Program-made: the position numbers and the translations under genes
Part shown: positions 10,033-19,000 of the stretch, piece after piece
Numbering within the stretch: the first letter of the stretch is position 1
Layout of the letters: every line of letters begins with the position of its first letter
Notes under the pieces: model-generated
Seen by the model: only the letters and a program-made list of their open reading frames with translations
Databases searched by the model: none
Told to the model about the DNA's origin: nothing
From: Candidatus Saccharimonadota bacterium
GTDB taxonomy: Bacteria; Bacteroidota; Bacteroidia; Flavobacteriales; Blattabacteriaceae
Assembly: GCA_029851105.1 (NCBI GenBank)
Contig: CP099822.1
Coordinates: 120,001-152,000 of the forward strand
Length of the DNA stretch: 32,000 nucleotides
Direction of reading: 5' to 3'

Positions 10033-11252
10033 ATAAAAAAATTATTAATCATAAAAAAATAGGAGAAAAATTAAAATTATTTTTTTTTTCTAAAAATGTA
10101 GGATCAGAATTACCATTATGGTTACCTAATGGTGTTTATTTATATAAAAAAATTATAAATTTTATAAAAAAAATAAATTTAAAAAATAAATATAAAGAAG
10201 TATATACTCCTAATATAGCAAAAAATAGTTTATATAAAAAATCAGGGCATTTAGATAAATATTATAATTATATTTTTAGTTTAAAAAAAAAAAAATATTA
10301 TTTAAAACCTATGAATTGTCCTTTTCATTGTGAAATATATAAAAATTATAAAAATATTTCATATAAAAAATTACCTATAAAATTTTTTGAATTTGGCAAT
10401 GTTTATAGAAATGAAAAAAGTGGAGTTTTAAATGGATTATTTAGAACTATATCTTTTACTCAAGATGATGGGCATATATTTTGTAGAAAAAAAAAAAAAT
10501 ATATATATAAAGAAATATATAAAATTATAAAAATAATAAAATTTATATATAAATTATTTTTTTTTAAAAAATTTTATATTAGATTTTCTTTTAAAAAAAA
10601 AAATAATAATAAATATATTGGATATAAAAAATATTGGGATATATCTGAAAAAATATTGTTATATATAAAAAAAAATATAAATAAAAAATATAAAATTAAA
10701 ACTTATATTAAATATAATGAAGCAGCATTTTATGGACCTAAAATAGATTTTATAATAAAAGATTTATTTAAAAGAAAATGGCAATTAGGTACTATACAAA
10801 TAGATTTTAATACTCCTATAAGATTTAATTTAAAATATATTAATAAATATAATATTTATAAAACTCCTATTATTATACATAGAGCTTATTTAGGTTCAAT
10901 AGAAAGATTTATAGCTATTTTTTTAGAAAATAATAATGGGAAAATACCTTTTTGGTTATTAAAAATTAATGTTATTATTTTACCTATAAATAGAATTCAT
11001 TTAAAATATTCTTTATATATTAAAAATATTTTAATATTAAATAATATAAAAACAAAAATTAATATTAATTTTAAAGAAAATTTAAATAAAAAAATTAAAA
11101 AATATGAAAATATTAAAATACCTTTTATATTTATAATCGGTAATAAAGAAGTTAAAAAGAAAAAAATTTTTATTAGAAAAAATGAAATAGGGGAAATAGG
11201 AATTTTTACTATTAAAAATGCAATTAATTATATTTTAATTAATAAAAATTAA
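10029..11252 (+). CDS. thrS: Threonyl-tRNA synthetase, catalytic and anticodon-binding domains only (N-terminal TGS/editing module absent)
   Basis: 407-aa ORF that starts right at the HKKIGEKLKLFFF segment (equivalent to E. coli DHRKLGKELDLF, about residue 240). The Zn-ligand contexts are conserved: MNCPFH, QDDGHIFC, IIIHRAYLGSIERF. Confidence 0.88.
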   Translation: MNKKIINHKKIGEKLKLFFFSKNVGSELPLWLPNGVYLYKKIINFIKKINLKNKYKEVYTPNIAKNSLYKKSGHLDKYYNYIFSLKKKKYYLKPMNCPFHCEIYKNYKNISYKKLPIKFFEFGNVYRNEKSGVLNGLFRTISFTQDDGHIFCRKKKKYIYKEIYKIIKIIKFIYKLFFFKKFYIRFSFKKKNNNKYIGYKKYWDISEKILLYIKKNINKKYKIKTYIKYNEAAFYGPKIDFIIKDLFKRKWQLGTIQIDFNTPIRFNLKYINKYNIYKTPIIIHRAYLGSIERFIAIFLENNNGKIPFWLLKINVIILPINRIHLKYSLYIKNILILNNIKTKININFKENLNKKIKKYENIKIPFIFIIGNKEVKKKKIFIRKNEIGEIGIFTIKNAINYILINKN

Positions 11253-11290
11253 AAAAAATTTTATATTATAAATTATAATATAATATTTAA

Positions 11291-11866
11291 ATTTTAAAAA
11301 TTATAAATAATAATAAAAACAAATATTTTAATAAATTATTATTAAAATATAAAATAAATGAAAATATAAAATCTAATAAAATTAGATTAGTAGATAATAA
11401 AATATTTAAAAATAAAATTTATAATAAAGATTATTTATTAAATAAAATAAAAGAAAAAAATTTAAAATTAGATATAATAGAAATAAATAATAAAATTTAT
11501 CCATCAATAGTAAAAGTTATTAATTTTAATAAATTTATTTATGAATGTAAAAAAAAATATAAAAAAAAAAATAATAATAAAAAAAAAAATAAATTAAAAT
11601 TAGTAAAATTAAGTATTAATATAAATGATCATGATAAAAATTATAAAATAAAAAATATTAAAAAATTTTTTTTAAAAGGTAAAAAAGTAATATTATATAT
11701 ATTTTTTAAAGGCAGATCTATAATTTATAAAAATCAAGGTGAAAAAATTTTATTAAATATTTCAAAAAAATTAAATAAATATGGGATTATTTTAAAAAAT
11801 CCTTATATGGATAAAAGAAGAATGTTAATGATTATGTTACCTATAAAAAAAAAAAAAAATGTTTAA
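11291..11866 (+). CDS. infC: Translation initiation factor IF-3, non-ATG (ATT/ATA) start
   Basis: Hand translation of the frame starting at 11291 gives ILKIINNNKNKYFNKLLLKYKINENIKSNKIRLVDNK...KLVKLSININDHDKNYKIKNIKKFFLKGKKVILYIFFKGRSIIYKNQGEKILLNI...MLMIMLPIKKKKN*. An in-frame TAA lies at 11288-11290. No ATG/GTG/TTG occurs before the conserved INE.I...IRL motif; candidate starts are ATT 11291, ATT 11300 and ATA 11303. The gene sits in the conserved thrS-infC-rpmI-rplT order. It is missing from the ORF track because it lacks a canonical start. Confidence 0.85.
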   Translation: MLKIINNNKNKYFNKLLLKYKINENIKSNKIRLVDNKIFKNKIYNKDYLLNKIKEKNLKLDIIEINNKIYPSIVKVINFNKFIYECKKKYKKKNNNKKKNKLKLVKLSININDHDKNYKIKNIKKFFLKGKKVILYIFFKGRSIIYKNQGEKILLNISKKLNKYGIILKNPYMDKRRMLMIMLPIKKKKNV

Positions 11867-12050
11867 ATTAAAAACAAAATCTAGTACTAAAAAAAGATTT
11901 AAATTAATGTTTAATAAAAAAATTAAAAGAAAATATTCTTTTAAAAATCATAATTTAATTAAAAAATCTTCAAAAAGAAAAAAAAAATTATCTAAATTTG
12001 TTTTTTTAAAAAAATCAAATTATAAAAATATAATTAAACATTTTAAATAA
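11859..12050 (+). CDS. rpmI: 50S ribosomal protein L35
   Basis: 63-aa basic ORF MFKLKTKSSTKKRFKL... located after infC. It overlaps the infC stop by 8 nt (ATGTTTAA). Confidence 0.88.
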   Translation: MFKLKTKSSTKKRFKLMFNKKIKRKYSFKNHNLIKKSSKRKKKLSKFVFLKKSNYKNIIKHFK

Positions 12051-12056
12051 AAAAAA

Positions 12057-12395
12057 ATGCCTAGATCAAAAAATATAGTTAATTCTAAAAAAAGAAGAAA
12101 AAAAATTTTAAAATATTCTAAAGGGTTTTATGGATCTAAAAAAAGATGTTATACTATTTCTAAAAATGCTGTAGAAAAATCTTGGTTAAATTCATATATA
12201 GGTAGAAAAAATAAAAAAAAATTTTATAGAAAATTATGGATTTTAAGAATTAATGCTTATGTAAGAAAAAAATTTAAAATTTCATATTCTAAATTTATTT
12301 TTTTTTTAAAAAAAAAAAAAATAAATTTAAATAGAAAAATTTTAGCTTATTTTTTTACTAAAAAAATTAATATATTTAAAAATATAATTAAATAA
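12057..12395 (+). CDS. rplT: 50S ribosomal protein L20
   Basis: 112-aa ORF MPRSKNIVNSKKRRKKILKYSKGFYGSKKRCY...LWILRINA, typical L20, located after rpmI. Confidence 0.9.
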   Translation: MPRSKNIVNSKKRRKKILKYSKGFYGSKKRCYTISKNAVEKSWLNSYIGRKNKKKFYRKLWILRINAYVRKKFKISYSKFIFFLKKKKINLNRKILAYFFTKKINIFKNIIK

Positions 12396-13305
12396 AATAA
12401 TGTTTTAAAATTTTTGTTATTTTAGTTTTATTAAATATTTTTTTTGCTTCTATTTCAAATTTTTTTATATTAGGATATCTATATGAAAAATGACCTAATA
12501 ATAATTTTTTAGCTTTTGAAATTTTAGCTATTTTAGCTGCTTCTATTGATGTAGAATGACCTCTATTATTAGCTAATTTTTTTTTTTCATGTAAAAAAGT
12601 AGATTCATGATATAATAAATTAACATTTTTAAAAAATTTACAAATTTTTGGATTAAAAGAAGTATCAGTACAAAAAGCATAAGATAATGGTTTTTTAGAT
12701 TTAAAAGTTAAAAATTTATTAGATATTTTAGTACCATCTTTTTTAAAAAAATCATTACCTTTTTGAATATTTAAATAATCAGATATTTTTATTTCTTTAA
12801 TTTTTTTTATATTTTTAATATTTAAATTTTTTAATTTTTTTCTTTCTTTAAATAAAAAACCATTTGTATATATTTTATGTTTTAAAGGTATATTATATAT
12901 TTTAACATTTTTATTTTTAAATATTCTTTTAAATTTTTTAGATTTTAAAGTAATAAAATTTAATTTATATCTAATTTTAGATTTTGACCATTTTAAATTT
13001 TCATATATTATATTTTTTAATCCTTTTGGAGAATAAATATTTAATTCATTTTTTCTATCTAATAATTGATAAGTAGATAAAATACCCATAATACCAAAAT
13101 AATGATCACCATGTAAATGAGATATAAATATATTATTAATTTTATTAATTTTTATTTTAGCTTTTAATAATTGTACTTGAGTACCTTCTCCACAATCTAT
13201 TAAAAAATAATTTTCTCTCATATATAAAATTTGAGAAGTAGGATGATAATTTTTATTAGGTAAAGAAGAATTACAACCTAAAACTATTAAATAAGGTTTA
13301 ATCAT
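12388..13305 (-). CDS. rnz: Ribonuclease Z (metallo-beta-lactamase fold tRNA 3' endonuclease)
   Basis: 305-aa ORF with the HxHxDH motif (SHLHGDHYFG), N-terminal LGCNSSLP...FLIDCGEGTQ and C-terminal LLGHFS. Consistent with all six tRNAs in the window lacking an encoded CCA. Confidence 0.8.
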   Translation of the reverse strand: MIKPYLIVLGCNSSLPNKNYHPTSQILYMRENYFLIDCGEGTQVQLLKAKIKINKINNIFISHLHGDHYFGIMGILSTYQLLDRKNELNIYSPKGLKNIIYENLKWSKSKIRYKLNFITLKSKKFKRIFKNKNVKIYNIPLKHKIYTNGFLFKERKKLKNLNIKNIKKIKEIKISDYLNIQKGNDFFKKDGTKISNKFLTFKSKKPLSYAFCTDTSFNPKICKFFKNVNLLYHESTFLHEKKKLANNRGHSTSIEAAKIAKISKAKKLLLGHFSYRYPNIKKFEIEAKKIFNKTKITKILKHYFI

Positions 13306-13360
13306 TATTTTTAATTTTTAAAAAATAAATTTTTATATAAATATAATAAAATTTTTTATT

Positions 13361-15864
13361 ATGTATAAAGAAACACCATTAATTAAACAATATTATAATT
13401 TAAAAAAAAAATATTCTGATACTATTTTATTTTTTCAAGTAGGTGATTTTTATGAAATTTTTGGGTATGATGCTATTTTTTGTTCTAGAATTTTAAATAT
13501 AACATTAACAAAAAGAAATAAAAATAAAAATAATAGTATTTATTTAGTAGGATTCCCTTGTAAAGCTTTAAATATTTATTTAAAAAAATTAATTAAATTT
13601 AATGTTAAAGTAGCTATATGTAATCAAAATCAAAATAAAAATAATAAAAATGATTTAATAAATAGAGAAATTACTAATATTATTACCCCTAATATTAATT
13701 TATATGAAGATATAAATAAAAAAAAAAGTTTTAAAAAATATGTTTCATCTATCTTTTTTAAAAAAGATATTTTAGGATTATCTTTTATAGATTTTTCCAC
13801 AGGAGAATTATTAACTACTGAAGGTAATATAAATTATATAAAACATATTATTAATTGTTTTAATTTAAAAGAATTTTTTATTCAAGTAAGTAAAAAAAAA
13901 AAATTTAATAAAATTTTTAATAAAAAAAATAAATATTTAATAACTTTATTAGATGATAATTTATTTAATTATAATTTTTTATATAAAAAATTATTAGAAC
14001 ATTTTTCTATTTTTTCTTTAAATTGTTTTGGAGTAGAAAATATGGATTTAAGTATTATATCAACTGGTATATTGATTTTTTATATTAAAAAATATTATAA
14101 TTTAAAATTAAATCATGTAAATAATATTAAAAAAATAGAAAAAGATAAATATGTATGGATAGATAAAATAACATTAAAAAATTTAGAAATAATTAAATCT
14201 ATTAATAAAACAGGGAAATCTTTATTAGATATTTTAGATAATACATATACTTCTATGGGGTTTAGATTATTAAATAAATGGATAATATTCCCATTAAAAA
14301 ATAAAAGTAAAATATATAAAAGATTAAATATAATAAATTTTTTTTTTAAAAAAAATGATAATTTTAAATTAAATATAATATATAATTTAAAATATATTTT
14401 TGATATAGAAAAAATAATATCTAAAATATCTAATAATAATATTAATCCTAATCAATTATATAAATTTATTATTTCATTAAAAAAAATAAATAATATATTA
14501 AAATTAATTAATTTAAATAAAAATTATAAAATATTTAATTTTAAAAAAAAAAAAATAAAAAAATTAAAATTAATATATAAAAATATAAAAAAATTTTTAA
14601 TAAAAGATCCAATAAATAAATTTAATAAAAATTTTTTTATAAAAAAAAATATATCTAATAAATTAGATAATTATAAAAAAAAATTAAAAATAAAAAAAAA
14701 TATATATATAAATATTTAAAAAAAAAAAAAAAATTAAATATAAAATATTTTTTTATTAAATATAATGATTTATTAGGTTATTATATAGAAATAAAAAAAA
14801 ATGATATTAATAATATACCTAAAAATTGGATAAAAAAACAAAAATTATCTTTATATGTAAGATATACTACAAAGTTAATTAATAATTATGAATATAAAAT
14901 ATATAATATAAAAAAAAAAATTTATATATATGAAAAAATTATTTTTAATAAAAAAATTAATTTTTTAAAAAAAAAAATTAATTTTTTAAAAAAAATATCT
15001 AATTTTATAGCTAAAATAGATGTTTTATTTTCTTTTTTCATTTCTTCTAAAGAAAATAATTATGTTAAACCTATTATTATTAATAGTAATTCCAATAAAA
15101 TTAAAATAATAAAAGGTAGACATCCAGTAATAGAAAAAAATATGTGTTTAACTAATAATTATATACCTAATAATATTTTTTTAGATAATTCAAAAAATCA
15201 AATTTTAATAATAACTGGTCCTAATATGTCTGGTAAATCAGCTATTTTAAGACAAACAGCTTTAATTATTATAATGGCTCAAATAGGTTGTTATGTTCCT
15301 GCTAAAAGTCTTAAATTTAATTTAATAGATAAAATTTTTAGTAGAATAGGTGCATCAGATAATATTTCTATGGGAGAATCTACTTTTATGATAGAAATGA
15401 ATGAAACTTCTAATATATTAAATAATTTTAGTAAAAATAGTTTAATAATAATGGATGAAATAGGTAGAGGAACTAGTACTTTTGATGGTCTTTCTTTATC
15501 ATATTCTATTATTAAATATTTAATTGAAAATAAAATTAAACCTAAAGTTTTATTTACTACTCATTTTCATGAATTAAAAAATTTATTATACTTATATAAT
15601 AAAAAAAATATAAAATATTATTATTTATCAATTAAAAAAATTAATAATAATTTTATTTTTATAAGAAAATTAAAAAAAGGATTAAATAATAATAGTTATA
15701 GTTTATATATAGCTAAAATGGCTGGTATACCTAATAAAATTATAAAAGATTCTAAAAAAATATCTTTTTTTTTAAAAAAAAAAAATGTAATAAATTTATT
15801 ATTTTATAAAATTTTATCATTATACTATATAATAAAGAATTATTTTGCGAAAGTAGTTCAATAG
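13361..15864 (+). pseudogene. mutS: DNA mismatch repair protein MutS, interrupted by a single -1 frameshift; either a pseudogene or a gene rescued by slippage
   Basis: The N-terminal part (13361-14719) is in codon phase 2 (coordinate mod 3). The remainder is in phase 1, open from 14677 to the TAG at 15862-15864. My hand translation of 14677-15141 gives ...YIYKYLKKKKKLNIKYFFIKYNDLLGYYIEIKKNDINNIPKNWIKKQKLSLYVRYTT...IAKIDVLFSF...GRHPVIEKN, which joins the ORF-track fragment containing GPNMSGKS, DEIGRGTSTFDG and TTHFHEL. About 833 codons in total. Confidence 0.85.
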
Positions 15865-15919
15865 GTAGAACATAACCTTGCCAAGGTTAAGGTAACGGGT
15901 TCGAACCCCGTCTTTCGCT
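15847..15919 (+). tRNA. tRNA-Gly (anticodon GCC)
   Basis: GCGAAAG/TA/GTTC-AATAGGTA-GAAC/A/TAACC-TTGCCAA-GGTTA/AGGTA/ACGGG-TTCGAAC-CCCGT/CTTTCGC/T. 73 nt, no CCA. Its first 18 nt are overlapped by the mutS reading frame. Confidence 0.9.
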
Positions 15920-15985
15920 TATTAAATTAAATTTTAAATTAAAATTTTTTTATAATATAATAATAATATATATTATATTATTAAT

Positions 15986-16075
15986 GCCTAGATGGTGAAA
16001 TAGGTAAACACGCAGGACTTAAAATCCTGTAATTCAATAAAATGAATTTTGCGGGTTCGATTCCCGCTCTAGGCA
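15986..16075 (+). tRNA. tRNA-Leu (anticodon UAA), class II with a long variable arm
   Basis: GCCTAGA acceptor stem, anticodon stem-loop CAGGA-CTTAAAA-TCCTG, variable-arm hairpin AATTCA-ATAAAA-TGAATT, T-arm GCGGG-TTCGATT-CCCGC, 3' acceptor strand TCTAGGC plus discriminator A. 90 nt, no CCA. Confidence 0.88.
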
Positions 16076-16092
16076 TTTTAATTTAAAATTAA

Positions 16093-19000
16093 ATATATGT
16101 TTTTTTTTTTGATACAGAAACTACAGGATTACCTAAAAATAATAAATTTATTTATAAAGATATTATAAATTGGCCACGTTTAATACAAATATCTTGGCAA
16201 TTGTATGATAATAATGGTAAATTAATAAAATTAAATAATTATTTTATAAAACCTGATAATTTTAAAATTAATAAAAAATCATTTTTAATACATGGTATTA
16301 ATAAAAAATTACTAAAAAAAAGAGGTAAAAATATTAAATATGTATTAAATAAATTTTATAAATATTTAAAATTATCTACCTATATAATAGGACATAATAT
16401 TGATTTTGATATTAATATAATTAATGGAGAATTTTTTAGATTAAAAAAAAATATAAATAAAATTTTTTTAAAAAAAAAAAAAATAGATACTCAAAAAGCA
16501 TTATTAAATAATAATAAATTTAATATTACAAAATGGTTAAATTTAAAACAAACTTTTTATTTTTTATATAAAAAAAATGTTGAAAAAGAATTATTTCATA
16601 ATTCTTTTTATGATGTATATATAATAGTTTTATGTTTTATTAAATTATTATATTATAAAATAATAAATATAAAATATAAAGTTAATATATTTTTTTTTTT
16701 AAAAAATGTACCTTCATTAAAAGATAAAAAATTAGAAAAAGATTTTTTTTTAAAAAAAAAAAAAAAAAATTATTATTTTAATATTCATAATAATACAAAT
16801 TATACAACTATTAATAATAGTAATAAAAATATTTCAATAATTAACATTGATAAATTAATAGATAAAGCTATAAAATATAAAATGTTAGCTATTGGTATAA
16901 CTGATAATAATATGATGGCTTCATATTATTTTTTAACTAAAATTTATAGTGTAAATAATAATTTTAAAAAAAATATAATTAAGGGAATATTAGGATATAA
17001 TTTTTATTTAAAAGATAATAAAGATAATTTTTTTTGTCATACTTTAATAGCTAAAAATAAAAAAGGTTATTATAATTTAATAAAAATATGTTCATATAGT
17101 TATATTAATAATAATAAAAATTTAGTTTTTATAGATAAAAAAAAAATAATAAAATATAAAGAAGGATTAATATTTTTGACTGGTAATTTAAATTCAGAAA
17201 TTTCATATAATATTATTAATAATAATATTAAAAAATCCATTGAAATATTATTATTTTGGAAAAAAATATTTAAGGATGATATTTATATTGAAATTTTTAG
17301 AGATGGGTTTAAAAAAGAAAAAATTGTTAATAAATATCTTTTAAGATTTTCTAAATTATTTAATATTCCATTTATTAATCAAAGTAATAATTTTTATTTA
17401 TCTAAAAAAGAATATATTATACATGATATATTTTTATGTATAAAAAATAAAGAAAAAAAAAGAACTCCTATAATAAGTGAATTTAATAATTATAAATTAA
17501 TAAAAAAAGGTTATCGTTATGGATTACCTAATAATAATTTTTATTTTAAAAATTTTTTAGAAATTAAAAATAATTTTAATGATATTAAAAAAGGTTTTAA
17601 AAATCTTAAAAAGATATATAAAAAAATTGAAAATATTATTATTAAACCTAAAAATTTATTTCCTATTTTTAAATTATCTAATAAAAAAAAAAAAAAAATA
17701 TTTAAAAATAAAAAATATGATGATAAAAAATTAAATAAAAATTATTTAAAATATTTAATATATAAAGGAGCAAAAAAAAAATATAAAAAATTAAATAATA
17801 AAATTAAAAAAAGAATAAAAAAAGAATTTAAAGTAATAATTAATAAAAATTTTGAAAATTATTTTTTAATAGTATATGATATTATTAATAATGCTAAAAA
17901 AAAAGGTATTTATATAGGCCCTGGTAGAGGATCAGTAGCTGGTTCTATAATTGCATATTGTATAGATATTACTAAAATAGATCCTTTAAAATATAATTTA
18001 ATTTTTGAAAGATTTTTAAATGAAGAAAGATTTAAAATGCCAGATATAGATATTGATTTAGATAATAAAAATAAAAATAAATTAATAGATTATATTATAA
18101 AAAAATATACTTTATTAAAAGTTTGTAATATAATAACATTTGGTAAAATAGGTACAAAATCTTCTATAAGAGATGTATCTAGAATATTTAATTTACCATT
18201 AGAAAAAGTTAATTTTTTATCTAAATTAATAGTAAAAAAATTAAATTTAACTGAAATTTTACATGAAGATATAAATTTATTAAAAAAAAAAACTAGTTAT
18301 AGAAATATTAATAATATTCTTAGAATAAGATCTATTTATAATAATAAAAAATATTTAGAAAGTAAAATTTTATTTTATGCTAAATATTTAGAAGGATTAA
18401 TTAGAAATACAGGTATACATGCTTGTGGTATTATTATTTCAAATGAAAAAATTATTAATAATATTCCTGTAATGTTAAATAAAAATAAAAATTATTTTTT
18501 ATCTCAATATGATACATATAGTATAGAAAAAATAGGATTATTAAAAATAGATTTATTAAGTTTAAAAACATTAAATGTAATAAAAAATACTATTAAAATA
18601 ATAAAAAAAAATAAAAAAAAAATTAATTTTAGTTTAAAAGATAAAAAAACTTTTGATTTATTTAAAAAAGGTAATACTTTAGGTATTTTTCAATATGATT
18701 CAAAAGGTATGATTAAAACTTTAAAACTTTTAAAACCTAATAATTTAAATGATTTAATTGCTCTTAATGCATTATATAGACCTGGACCTATTAAATATAT
18801 ACCTAATTTTATAGCTAGAAAAAATGGTAAAGAAAAAGTAGTATATGATATACCTATAATGAAAAAATATTTAAAAGAAACATATGGTATTACTATTTAT
18901 CAAGAACAAGTAATATTTATAGCTAGAAAATTATCAGGTATTAGTAAAAGTGAAGCTGATATTTTAAGAGAAGCTATAGGTAAAAAAAAAATATATGTAT

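Noticed and set aside
14718-14733. The A16 tract itself as the site of the mutS frameshift
   Set aside because: The phase-2 stop codon (TAA at 14717-14719) is formed by the T before the tract plus its first two A, so slippage within A16 cannot bypass it. The homology-like reading YIYKYL upstream of the tract is already in phase 1. This places the shift at or before 14700.
16201-16203. TTG at 16201 as the dnaE start, as in the ORF track
   Set aside because: The same frame is open 108 nt further upstream and encodes the Exo I motif FFFDTETTGL. Starting at 16201 would bisect the exonuclease domain. The ORF caller simply chose the first canonical start.
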